Assembly (NCBI GenBank): GCA_050298595.1
Contig: JBNKUM010000022.1
Location: 38,006-102,005 of the forward strand
Direction of reading: 5' to 3'
DNA: 64,000 nt
DNA from: Gammaproteobacteria bacterium
GTDB taxonomy: Bacteria > Pseudomonadota > Gammaproteobacteria > GCA-001735895
Made by a program: the position numbers and the translations under genes
Part shown: positions 52,759-62,519 of the stretch, piece after piece
How positions within the stretch are numbered: position 1 is the first letter of the stretch
How the letters are laid out: every line of letters begins with the position of its first letter
The notes under the pieces: generated by a model
Seen by the model: the letters and a program-made list of their open reading frames with translations, nothing else
What the model was told of the DNA's origin: nothing
The model's database searches: none

Positions 52759-53625
52759 ATGCACCCTAAGCTGTTAAAAGGTGCAGCACTGATCATGCTG
52801 TCTGAATGCTTTTTCGTACTGATGGGGACTCAGATACGCAGTGTCTCAGAAGGATTAAACAATGAAATGATTGTTTTTTTTCGTAATGTGTTTGGTCTTC
52901 AGGTCATCATTCCTTTGCTTTACCAACATGGTATACAGGCGCTAAAAACCTCAAGACCCATGGCACATATTTTCCGAGGTATCGCTGGCATCTCAGCCAT
53001 GTATTGCTTCTATTACTCTATTGCCAATATTCCCCTGGCAAATGCAATGATCCTGAAAATGACCGCACCACTATTTATCCCACTCATTGCCTGGTTATGG
53101 TTAAAAGAAAGCCTCAGCAAACTCATCGGGCCTGTGATTTTGATGGGGTTTATTGGCGTCATTTTCATTATTAAACCAGATATGACGCTGATGAATTCAG
53201 TGGCTCTGGTAGGATTAGCAGGTGGTTTTCTGGCAGCTATCGCGAAGAATTCGGTGAAGAATTTAACCAGTACTGAAAAACCCATCACCATCGTCTTTTA
53301 TTTTGCACTTTGCGGATTGGTCATCACCAGTCTGCCTGCCTTGTTGAACTGGCAAACCCCAAACCTTACTCAATTGAGCCAGTTGTTATTAATTGGTCTT
53401 TCCGCTGTGGTCGCTCAATTGATTATGACCAAAGCTTATTCCCTGGCGCCTGCATCACAGATCAGTCACTACAGCTACAGTTCAATTCTATATGCTTCAC
53501 TGGCTGGATGGTTGCTATGGGATGAATGGATGGATACAGGGTCATGGCTTGGGACTGCGTTAATCATTACGTCAGGTATAATGCTGATCAGAGTTAGACA
53601 TAGAGAGTCTAAGCTACTGATTTGA
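52759..53625 (+). CDS. DMT/EamA-family transporter
   Basis: About 10 TM helices, IVFFRN, APLF, KAYSLAPAS. Confidence 0.88.
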   Translation: MHPKLLKGAALIMLSECFFVLMGTQIRSVSEGLNNEMIVFFRNVFGLQVIIPLLYQHGIQALKTSRPMAHIFRGIAGISAMYCFYYSIANIPLANAMILKMTAPLFIPLIAWLWLKESLSKLIGPVILMGFIGVIFIIKPDMTLMNSVALVGLAGGFLAAIAKNSVKNLTSTEKPITIVFYFALCGLVITSLPALLNWQTPNLTQLSQLLLIGLSAVVAQLIMTKAYSLAPASQISHYSYSSILYASLAGWLLWDEWMDTGSWLGTALIITSGIMLIRVRHRESKLLI

Positions 53626-54559
53626 CCATATAACGCTGTATGACCTGCTCAGAACAGGTTTTAACAAAACGTACCATCAATAGAATAATAACCAGAGTGA
53701 AGATGACACGACCCAGTAAAATACCGCTCAGGTCAGCTCCAATCAGCATCATCAACAGAGTATCCTCGATCAGGCTATGCGACAATCCCAGCAGGGAAAT
53801 TGAATACAACACATCCAGTGGTTTTATATGCCCTGCGCGCGCTTCTTCAATCAGCAAAGCGCCACCATAGGATATACCCAGCGTTAAGCCAACAAGGGTA
53901 ATGGTTTCAGCTTCTCGACCTATGCCCAGCAGATGCAGAACCGGTCGAAGACGCGCATTAATCCACTGAATAATCCCAATTCTTTTAAGTACATCCAGCA
54001 AAAGTACCAGCGCAAAAACGATCATAAAAATCAATCCAAGGTTGAGCAGTTGCCCCTTAACCCAACTTGGTAAAGATGAATCCAACGGTGCTGGTGTCCA
54101 GAGTAATTCAGCGGGTTGCTGCAGCCAGTTACCGGCAAGATAGACCTGGTTAAAAATAATCGCAAAAACAATTGCCATGCTAAATCGAAGTAAAAGAGTC
54201 AAAGTGATATTAACACCTGACTTTTGTGCGATACGGGCTTCGATGGGCAAGGCATGTGCAATCAGCATCATGCAACTGATAATAGTCACCTGCGCGACCG
54301 TCATAGGTAGATCAGCAGCCAGACTGGCGTAAACTACCAGTCCACCATAAAGATTGGTGACCATAGCAGTTGCCCATACCAGCCCCATAGCTCCGGGTAA
54401 ACCAACCATTTCCATCACTGGAGCCAGCAAATCAGACAGCAAAACAACCAATCCAAGCTCTTCCAGAATCTTGATAATGATGATGATCGGAATCATCAGC
54501 TTGAACAGTGTCAAACTGATATTGACTGCCCTGGAGAATATTTGACGAAGATAACCCAT
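53609..54559 (-). CDS. Nucleoside-recognition (Gate) domain membrane protein
   Basis: LAPVMEMVGLPG, AHALPIE, GLTLGISYGG, HSLIEDT. Confidence 0.75.
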   Translation of the reverse strand: MGYLRQIFSRAVNISLTLFKLMIPIIIIIKILEELGLVVLLSDLLAPVMEMVGLPGAMGLVWATAMVTNLYGGLVVYASLAADLPMTVAQVTIISCMMLIAHALPIEARIAQKSGVNITLTLLLRFSMAIVFAIIFNQVYLAGNWLQQPAELLWTPAPLDSSLPSWVKGQLLNLGLIFMIVFALVLLLDVLKRIGIIQWINARLRPVLHLLGIGREAETITLVGLTLGISYGGALLIEEARAGHIKPLDVLYSISLLGLSHSLIEDTLLMMLIGADLSGILLGRVIFTLVIILLMVRFVKTCSEQVIQRYMVKSVA

Positions 54560-55053
54560 CAGATTTTCAGATCATTATCCTTGATATGATCAAGCAAGCC
54601 CCGTGACGCATCCTCGATTAAGTCAAGCACATACTCAAAGCCATTGGGGCCACCATAGTAAGGATCGGGAACCTCTTTAACCTTGGCATTTTTGGCAAAA
54701 TCGAGAAATAGCTGTACCCGGACAGTCTGCTCTATTTCCTGTAGAGCAAGTACATCCCTCAGGTTAGAACCATCCATCACCAGCACATAATCGAAAGCAT
54801 CGAAATCATCGACGATAATTTGTCGACCACGTAACCTTGATAAATCGATATCGCGCTTTTTCGCAGCAGCCTGTGCGCGATTATCAGGTGACGAACCCAC
54901 GTGATATGCATGGGTGCCGGCTGAATCAATGGAAATCAGATGATCCAGGCCCTCATCCACCACCAGCTTTTGAAACACGCCTTCAGCGGTTGGTGATCTA
55001 CAGATATTGCCCATACAAACGAAGAGGACTTTAACTTGTGATTTTTTGTTCAT
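54559..55053 (-). CDS. Low-molecular-weight protein-tyrosine phosphatase
   Basis: VLFVCMGNICRSP, DSAGT, VPDPYYG. Confidence 0.95.
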   Translation of the reverse strand: MNKKSQVKVLFVCMGNICRSPTAEGVFQKLVVDEGLDHLISIDSAGTHAYHVGSSPDNRAQAAAKKRDIDLSRLRGRQIIVDDFDAFDYVLVMDGSNLRDVLALQEIEQTVRVQLFLDFAKNAKVKEVPDPYYGGPNGFEYVLDLIEDASRGLLDHIKDNDLKI

Positions 55054-55292
55054 ACTCGATGGAATTCTCAGCCGTTATTACTGCTTATGACGTAAAGGCG
55101 GGAATTATACGCAAGAGTCGGTCAGGAAAAACCCAAATAATCGTTCAAATTAATCAGGTACGGGCTAGAATTGTGTAACTGATCACTAGAATCGATTTTA
55201 TCTGCGATTTTTATTTCGCTATAACCAGAGGTCACCAGGTACTTTGCTAAAATAATATTCATAAAAATAATGGCACCTCCTATCGTTCAAGT

Positions 55293-58200
55293 TTAATTAA
55301 TGTGTGCCACCTGGATGGATAATTGCTGCATCAGAGCAAGTATTTTATCCCTCAATTCCAGTAACTCATCCTGGCTGTGGTTTGCTTCATCGGGATTTCC
55401 CTCGATCATATTGGTCTCGATGCTGGAAGTCAGTCGGTGCAACTCTTCGTGGGCCTCACCAATTTTCTGGTAGAGAGGCATCAGATGTCCATAGTATTTT
55501 TTACCAGGCCCACGGTACCAGGCTCCAAATGCACAACGGGTAGTTTTACCTGAATCGATAAAAGGGAGTGGTTTCTGTTGCTTGACCGAGTAACTGGTCA
55601 AAGCTACATAACGCTGAAGCCCCACTTCTGCATTCAGTATCTGATAATCTTTTTCATCCCACTGCAGGTGCCGGATGCTGGACCACTCTTCAGGCATCTG
55701 CCAGGTTGTTAGCCAGTCAATGAAATTCTGAGCGCTCAGCGGGCGTGAAATTGCATAACCCTGAACCTGAGTACAACCCATCTGCATGAGCATGCGACCA
55801 TGCACCAGCTCTTCCACGCCTTCTGCAACAACATTGAGCTGGAATGCACTTGCCAACCCCATGATGGCATTAATTATCGCCAGATTTTCAGGGTCCTGAT
55901 GCATATCCCGAACAAAACTCAGATCTATCTTTAGGGTGGTTGCTGGCAATCTTTTCAAGTATGTCAGGGATGAATATCCTGTGCCAAAATCATCTAATGA
56001 AAAGAGGACGCCAATTTTTCGACATTCATTGATGACCCGGGAAATATTAACAATGTCTTCCAGAGCTGCTGTTTCCAGAATCTCCAACTCCAGATTGGAG
56101 GGATCAATATCCGGGAACTGCTGCAACAATGATTTCAGCTCTTCAACAAAATCAACATGCTGGATTTGCAGACTACTGACATTAATACTGACACCCATAT
56201 CTATTCCCTGCTTTTTCCATTGCTGCATCTGCCACAGCACCCGTCTGATGATCCAACGTCCCAGTAGCAAACTCACTTCGTGGTCTTCTATCAATGGCAA
56301 AAAATCATTGGGCATGATCAGACCCTGGTCCGGATGTTGCCAGCGAATCAATGCCTCGGCTCCTATGACCCGCCCAGTTCTGAGATCAACCTTCGGTTGA
56401 TAATGAACCTGCATTTCATTGTTTCCTATGGCCTGCTTGATGCGCTTGATGCGTTCATTAAAACTGCGTTCCTCGGTATCCTTTTCAGGATCAAACAGAC
56501 AATAGACATTTTTCCCTTCACTTTTGGCCTGGTACATAGCCTGGTCAGCATGTCTCAACAGGGTGTCAGCATCAGCATCATCCTGTGGATAAAGAGTAAT
56601 ACCAATACTCGCCGAAAGGGAAATAGTCTCGTTGTTGATCGGGTAAGGTATCGCGATCGCCTGCATCAGACGTTTTACGAATAAAAAGCATTCCTCGATT
56701 TTATCCAGATTAGTCAGCAGGATGACAAACTCGTCGCCTCCAATTCGAGCCACGGTATCACTGGCTCGTAAGCGGCTTTGAATACGATTCGATATTTCAA
56801 CCAGCAAGGCATCCCCAACATCATGGCCAAAAGTATCATTGACCGGTTTAAAGCCATCAAGATCTAGAAAACAGATCGCCAGTAACTTGTTACTTCGCCT
56901 TATTATGGATTGAGCCTGCTTGAGACGATCTATTAATAGCACTCTGTTGGGCAGACTGGTCAACCCATCATAATGCGCCATTTTGTGTAGTTTCTTCTCA
57001 TGTTCCTTGAGATGACTGATATCGGAAAAAACTGCTACAAAATTCTTGACCTTATCCTTTGAGTTTCTTATTGCGGTAATTGATAGAATCTCAGGGTAAA
57101 TTTCTCCATATTTGTTCCTGTTCCAGATTTCCCCTCGCCAGTTACCGTTCTGAGTAATATTTTTCCACATATTGCTGTAAAACTCTCGGTCATGTAGACC
57201 AGATTTCAGGACACGAGGGTTTCTACCCAACACTTCTCCCTTCTCATATCCGGTGATACGGGAAAATGCGGGGTTCACCTCGATGATCGTCCCCTCTTCA
57301 TCGGTAATGGTGATGGCTTCATGAGTATTGTTGAATGCAGTATCGTGTAATAACAGGTTTTTCTCGGCTCTTTTCTGAGCACGTAGGCGACGAATGATCT
57401 GTTTATTTGCCAGCGAAAGTGATTGCCGTGTCTGTTCCAGTCGAATAAACGTAAAGGACAGATAAATGGTCAACAATATAGAGCCCATGTATAACAGGTA
57501 ACGATATACCCGAGCATTCTCGCGTGCGGCAACATATCCTGTATGATAGGTTTGAAATATTTTATCGAACAGGGTCGATAACTGTAGTTGAATGCTTTGT
57601 CGAATGTTCTGGTCCACTTTTGGCTGGTAATCAATAATGATCCGGGTATGTAACAACAGACTTTCCAGTTCCTTCTTTTCATTAGAAGTTTTAAGTTCAG
57701 ACTTGAGTTCCTTCAACTTTTGCAGAGTCTCCTCGATGCGACTAAGATTTTTCAGGTCATATTGACGCACGAAAAACAGGACATCCCTGACCAGAGACTC
57801 CAGTTGCAATCTGACTTCCTGCCCTCCAATCTGCGCCAGTTTTTCATTAGAAAGTTTCTGGTATAGGGATATCGAATTTCGTAAAACTGAATAACTCCGT
57901 TTAATCTGATCAATTAAATAACGCTTCTTTTGCCAGGATTGATCCAGTTGATCCAGAAGAGTGACTACCTGATTTTTATCTGTTTCCGTTAAAAAATCAG
58001 GCAAAGATTGCAGTTCTTTGAAGGATTTGCCATAGCGCTGCATTTGCTCGTTCAGGGCATCGAAGTTGCGAGATAACTCCATTCTTCCAGCCAGAACTTC
58101 AGCATCTACCTGAGCATTAGCTTCACGCGCCTTTAACAGGCTTTGCGTGTAATTCATATGTTCCAGGGGTAATAAAGACTCTGACTTGATATAAAACCAG

Positions 58201-58316
58201 CTCAACATCAGTAGCGTTAACCCTGTAACCAGAAAAAAACTGATGTATTGCCTTGATGGCGAAAAAAAACTCCTGAATTGTTTTATTCTATTCAATTTAA
58301 TAACTGGCCCTGCCAC
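55293..58316 (-). CDS. DAHL-like periplasmic sensor + PAS + GGDEF + EAL + CZB-like c-di-GMP enzyme
   Basis: Two TMs flanking a helical domain with LRNS; PAS (GRNPRVLKSG, WRGEIWN); GGDEF; EALIRW and DDFGTGYSS; C-terminal CAFGAWY...HEELH. Confidence 0.88.
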   Translation of the reverse strand: MAGPVIKLNRIKQFRSFFSPSRQYISFFLVTGLTLLMLSWFYIKSESLLPLEHMNYTQSLLKAREANAQVDAEVLAGRMELSRNFDALNEQMQRYGKSFKELQSLPDFLTETDKNQVVTLLDQLDQSWQKKRYLIDQIKRSYSVLRNSISLYQKLSNEKLAQIGGQEVRLQLESLVRDVLFFVRQYDLKNLSRIEETLQKLKELKSELKTSNEKKELESLLLHTRIIIDYQPKVDQNIRQSIQLQLSTLFDKIFQTYHTGYVAARENARVYRYLLYMGSILLTIYLSFTFIRLEQTRQSLSLANKQIIRRLRAQKRAEKNLLLHDTAFNNTHEAITITDEEGTIIEVNPAFSRITGYEKGEVLGRNPRVLKSGLHDREFYSNMWKNITQNGNWRGEIWNRNKYGEIYPEILSITAIRNSKDKVKNFVAVFSDISHLKEHEKKLHKMAHYDGLTSLPNRVLLIDRLKQAQSIIRRSNKLLAICFLDLDGFKPVNDTFGHDVGDALLVEISNRIQSRLRASDTVARIGGDEFVILLTNLDKIEECFLFVKRLMQAIAIPYPINNETISLSASIGITLYPQDDADADTLLRHADQAMYQAKSEGKNVYCLFDPEKDTEERSFNERIKRIKQAIGNNEMQVHYQPKVDLRTGRVIGAEALIRWQHPDQGLIMPNDFLPLIEDHEVSLLLGRWIIRRVLWQMQQWKKQGIDMGVSINVSSLQIQHVDFVEELKSLLQQFPDIDPSNLELEILETAALEDIVNISRVINECRKIGVLFSLDDFGTGYSSLTYLKRLPATTLKIDLSFVRDMHQDPENLAIINAIMGLASAFQLNVVAEGVEELVHGRMLMQMGCTQVQGYAISRPLSAQNFIDWLTTWQMPEEWSSIRHLQWDEKDYQILNAEVGLQRYVALTSYSVKQQKPLPFIDSGKTTRCAFGAWYRGPGKKYYGHLMPLYQKIGEAHEELHRLTSSIETNMIEGNPDEANHSQDELLELRDKILALMQQLSIQVAHIN

Positions 58317-59323
58317 TCACCGTTTAGAGTTAGCAAAAATGCCATAATTGATTGCATATCTTCATCAGGCAATTCCCTGCCCAGCTGGTATTTGGCCATG
58401 AGATTAATAGTGTCTTCCAATTTCTCGACGCCACCCAGGTGTAAATATGGCGCTGTCAGTTCAATATTTCTTAATGATGGCACCTTGAAGACATGGCGAT
58501 CTTCCTCTCTTCCTGTCACATAGAAACGGCCCAAATTTAGATTGAGTTTACTTTCCACGACAGAGAAATAAGCCTCAAGAATCCCGAGCTTCTGGTACAT
58601 ATTCCCACCAATATTGACTCCTTGATGACAACTGGAACAGCCGTATTCAAGGAATAGCTGATAACCTTCCTTTTCATTTTGATTCAGAGCGTCCACATCA
58701 CCCTGTAAATACTGATCAAAACGTGAATTTGGTGTAATCAGGGTACGTTCAAAACTGGCGATGGCATCAACTATGGTTTCGGGAGTCAGTCCATCATCAT
58801 AGACAGTGTTGAATTTTCGCATAAATTCCCCGTCCTGTTTCAATTTTGATATGACTTCTGGCCAATTGGAACCCATTTCCACCGGATTATGCACCGGCTC
58901 AGAAGCCTGAGCTTCCAGATTCTTGGCACGACCATCCCAGAACTGGCGAAAATTAAAACCACTGTTGAATACTGTAGGCGCATTTAATTGACCCAATGCC
59001 CCATTAATACCTGTTGAGACTTTCTGGTGATCGGTTCCACCAAGCTTTAGATCATGGCAACTGGAGCAGGCTATGCTGTTGTTCTGGGAAAGGCGCTTAT
59101 CGTTAAATAACGTTTCACCGAGTGTGACCTTTTCAATATTTTCATAGTGTTTCAATGGAATCGCTGTGATCGGAGACGCATCGTATTTAACACTATTGGT
59201 TGCTACATTAATTCGTTCGTCATTGGCTTTAGTAGTGTGCCGAACCTGAATAAACAGATAGGCCATGATCAATACAATAATAAAAATTACTGGCAGAAAT
59301 ACTTTAACTTTCTTTATGATCAT
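58292..59323 (-). CDS. Di-heme cytochrome c peroxidase family protein
   Basis: Two CSSCH motifs, NAPTVFN, QFWDGRA, NPVEMG, FKVPSLRN; N-terminal TM; 25-nt overlap with the sensor gene. Confidence 0.92.
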   Translation of the reverse strand: MIIKKVKVFLPVIFIIVLIMAYLFIQVRHTTKANDERINVATNSVKYDASPITAIPLKHYENIEKVTLGETLFNDKRLSQNNSIACSSCHDLKLGGTDHQKVSTGINGALGQLNAPTVFNSGFNFRQFWDGRAKNLEAQASEPVHNPVEMGSNWPEVISKLKQDGEFMRKFNTVYDDGLTPETIVDAIASFERTLITPNSRFDQYLQGDVDALNQNEKEGYQLFLEYGCSSCHQGVNIGGNMYQKLGILEAYFSVVESKLNLNLGRFYVTGREEDRHVFKVPSLRNIELTAPYLHLGGVEKLEDTINLMAKYQLGRELPDEDMQSIMAFLLTLNGEWQGQLLN

Positions 59324-59687
59324 ACACTTAATCCATTAGATCAAAAAATGGCTATTTTTTTCGATTTTTGCCAATTTTTGCTGAATGAAAACAATTATAT
59401 GGCAAGTATAGTATTGTTGGGGAAAAGTTGGGTCAGCTGACATGATTTATGATACCTTACTCTCAAATAAGGATATTCCGCTGGTTCACTGCAAAAGAAT
59501 TGAACCTCAGAGAGCACAGAGGGATATATGTTATGCAATACTTTAGCTGTTCTAATTAGTGCTCATCCATAAACTCCCAACTAGCTGAAAAATAAAAGAA
59601 TAATTTAACGCAGGCATTAAAAAAGGCTCTGCGGTTTTGTAGAATTATTTTCGATAAAAAATAATCCTAAAACCGGAGAGCCTTACC

Positions 59688-60310
59688 ATACGAGAAACCC
59701 GCACAGCACAAATGAGCTTATTTGATGCGTCTGCACAGCACAAGTTTGGCGACTTTCTCAGGACGCTGTCGAATTTCCTCGATACACATTACTAGATCCT
59801 CACCTTAATAGAAGAGGATCTGGTGATGGAACCAACCTGTAGCATCGGACGTAAAGGCCTGTCGGCCGAAAGCATCTTCGCTGCATACTGCTCAAACAAA
59901 TAACCGGCGACAGCTATGAGAAATTGGCCTTCCATTTGAGCGATTCCTCCAGTTACCGCTCCTTTGCTCAATTTGAGAGAGATAGTCATCCGGGCAAATC
60001 GGCACTGAGCGGTAACATCCGCCGAATACGGCCCCAAACGATACAAGCCGTATTTGAAATTACTGGGCGTTACAGCATTTGAGCGTGGGCTATTGAATGT
60101 GGATCGTCTAGGCATGGATAGCACCGTCGTAAAGAGCAACATCGCATCGTCATCGGACAGTCAGCTGCTCAGATATAGACTATGGCCATAAGATCAACCT
60201 GGCCACCGGATAAAAGCGGTTGGATCAGCGTGCTGATGATTGAAAAAGGAAACCCCAGTGATACGGAACGTTTTATTCCGGTGATTGAAGCCCATCAAGT
60301 ACAGTTCGGC
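59688..60310 (+). mobile_element. Degraded ISNCY-type DDE transposase
   Basis: Fragments RETRTAQMSLF, GRKGLSAESI, SYEKLAFHLSDSSSYRSF, MDSTVVKSNI...DSQLL, YGHKINLATG and GNPSDTERF, with frameshifts, a stop and an internal deletion. Confidence 0.8.
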
Positions 60311-60439
60311 ATCCGTGTCCGTATCGGCAGCGGTCGCTTCGCCGTCACCGACCGAACACGCGACCGTCCCCGCTCCGCCCAATATAATCAGCAGGAATTG
60401 TCGTACCATTTTCACCCTCATTATGAACTCACTCGTCAT
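60311..60439 (-). pseudogene. Truncated lipoprotein gene (signal peptide and linker only)
   Basis: MVRQFLLIILGGAGTVAC-SVGDGEATAADTDTD, then runs into the antisense strand of the IS remnant. Confidence 0.55.
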
Positions 60440-60536
60440 TAGATCGTGGCCATTGAAAATTGAATACATTTACCCACCTGATGTTTCAGGAGTCAACTCA
60501 TCTGATTAAACGAGTCAACTCCGTTCTGGTTACGCT

Positions 60537-62519
60537 TTAAAATTGCGTGAAGAAATCCCATACCTCTGACTTGGTCCAGGTGACGTCACCACCACCGTAG
60601 GCAGAGTTGGTCCCATCCACTGGTGCCGGGGTGTGACCACCGCCATCGAAAGCACACCAGCGGACTGGATACCCTTCCTTGCACCCGTCATAGGTAGTAC
60701 ATATATGCGTCCGGCTCCCTCCACTCGGCTCTGGAGGGCTCTGGGGAGTGCAACTGTTATTGCGAACGAACGTGTCGCGCGCCGCGCGCCCACCTTCGAT
60801 ACGATCATCTATACCGTGAATGCCAATGTAAGCAACTGGTTTAGTGCCGTCTCCGCATCCGCTGATCCCTCCGCCGGCGTAGACCGCAACCCCTCGGAAT
60901 ACATCTGCCCGGTCACATGCGATTGCGTATGACATCCCGCCTCCGTAGCTGAATCCCAAGGAGAAGAGCCGCGACTTGTCAACGCACAGGTTTTCCTCAA
61001 TCTGAGCAGACATATCGTCTACGAAGGCGATATCCTGGCCACCGGAATTGGCCCAACCGTTATTAATCCCCTGGGCCGCCACAAAGATCATTTTGGAATC
61101 GGTGCTATTATCTGCCTTTTCCCTGAGTCCATAGTAGGACCATGTATACCCACTGCTACCGCCACCGTCGACATCCTGCATGGTGCCGCCGTACCAGTGA
61201 AACGCGAAGACCAGCGGGTAGGGATGGCTGCTATCATAATCTTCGGGAACCCGTAAAATGAAGCTGCGGTTCTGACCATTCACACGAATTGTGTGCTCGC
61301 CACTGGTCAGGGTCGCATTCTTGCCGCAGCCAGCTGAAGGGTCGGTATCCATTTGTACTGGTTCTGGATCAGGCGTCGGAGTCGGATCCGGTGCCATACC
61401 ACAGGCCACCTGTGCGGCCAATTTCTTGGTCGTATCACTGCAAGGATCACCGAAGTTCTCATTGCTGGCCTGCAAGGTACAGACATCCATTCCTATACAG
61501 GCGTCCGATACCACTTTCTTCGAATTGCCTGCATTGCATGTACCCGTAGTGAAGGATCCGCAGGAACCTCCCGGATTACCATAGCTGGCGAAGGTAACTT
61601 CATTGATGACCTGGCCGCTGGGGCAGGTCAAGGTCAGGCTGGTATTCTCACCGGCTGTGGCGCAAACCCCGGTGGTGAAACTCCAGCTTTCCCCAGCAAA
61701 AGCGTTACCCGCAACATCGGTAATGCTCTGTGCAAGTTTAACTGTATAGCTGACGCCACCCGAGAACGCTTTTGTCGACTGGAACGTGACGCTGTGACTG
61801 CTACTATCATACCTCACACTACCGGCGACTGGATTACCATTCTGGGTAACCACTAAACTCTGATTATTAACGCTGCTTGCAAGCAGTGCCTCATCAAAGC
61901 CAACACGGATCTGTACCGAGGGCGATACATCGATCTGATCCTGCTGAGGCAATCTGGAGACAATCGATGGTGCGCTATTGTCGGGTATGGGTGAGATCTG
62001 CATACTCACTCTGGTGCTGTTGGAGAGTTCGCCATCATTAACGGTCAATTGAAAACTGATCTGCTGGGGTTGTGTTACTGACGGTGCTATAAAGCTGAGG
62101 CTGCTGCCTGTAGTATTTGAAAGCGTGATGTCCGGCCCTGCAGTTTTGCTCCATTGGTAGCTAAGGATGTCTCCATCCGGGTCGGATGAGCCGCTGCCAT
62201 CCAGCATGACCGTCTCACCTGGGGTAGCGCTCCGAGGTGCTGTAATCCTGGCGCTCGGCTGTTGATTGATTGGCGTGACTGGATCCTGAGTTGGAACCTG
62301 AGTTGGAACCTGAGTTGGAACCTGAGTTGGCACCTGTGTTGGAACCTGTGTTGGAACCTGTGTTGGAACCTGAGTTGGAACTGCTGTTGGGATCGGTGTA
62401 GGATCCGTGTTACTGGATGAGCCATCATCCTGGGAACAGCCACTCATTATAAAAGTAAGTAGAAGAGCCACACTTGAGAATAGCAAGCGGGGTTTTGATT
62501 GTTGACCACGAAAAATCAT
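60537..62519 (-). CDS. Modular lipoprotein: PT-rich linker, PKD-like and Big_5 Ig domains, SUEL/Gal-lectin domain, feruloyl-esterase/PHB-depolymerase-like alpha/beta hydrolase
   Basis: MSGC lipobox; (VPTQ)x8; LDGSGSSDPDGD; DVAGN...WSFTT; CPSGQVI..FASYG.P.G.CG...FGDPC..T.K.L; GFSYGG nucleophile; FDGGGH. Confidence 0.85.
   Translation of the reverse strand: MIFRGQQSKPRLLFSSVALLLTFIMSGCSQDDGSSSNTDPTPIPTAVPTQVPTQVPTQVPTQVPTQVPTQVPTQVPTQDPVTPINQQPSARITAPRSATPGETVMLDGSGSSDPDGDILSYQWSKTAGPDITLSNTTGSSLSFIAPSVTQPQQISFQLTVNDGELSNSTRVSMQISPIPDNSAPSIVSRLPQQDQIDVSPSVQIRVGFDEALLASSVNNQSLVVTQNGNPVAGSVRYDSSSHSVTFQSTKAFSGGVSYTVKLAQSITDVAGNAFAGESWSFTTGVCATAGENTSLTLTCPSGQVINEVTFASYGNPGGSCGSFTTGTCNAGNSKKVVSDACIGMDVCTLQASNENFGDPCSDTTKKLAAQVACGMAPDPTPTPDPEPVQMDTDPSAGCGKNATLTSGEHTIRVNGQNRSFILRVPEDYDSSHPYPLVFAFHWYGGTMQDVDGGGSSGYTWSYYGLREKADNSTDSKMIFVAAQGINNGWANSGGQDIAFVDDMSAQIEENLCVDKSRLFSLGFSYGGGMSYAIACDRADVFRGVAVYAGGGISGCGDGTKPVAYIGIHGIDDRIEGGRAARDTFVRNNSCTPQSPPEPSGGSRTHICTTYDGCKEGYPVRWCAFDGGGHTPAPVDGTNSAYGGGDVTWTKSEVWDFFTQF
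62286..62381. repeat. 12-bp coding tandem repeat, 8 copies
   Basis: CTG(A/T)GTTGG(A/C)AC x8, encoding VPTQ on the minus strand. Confidence 0.95.

Noticed and set aside
62286-62381. CRISPR array
   Set aside because: Contiguous 12-bp units with no spacers, in frame as a VPTQ linker
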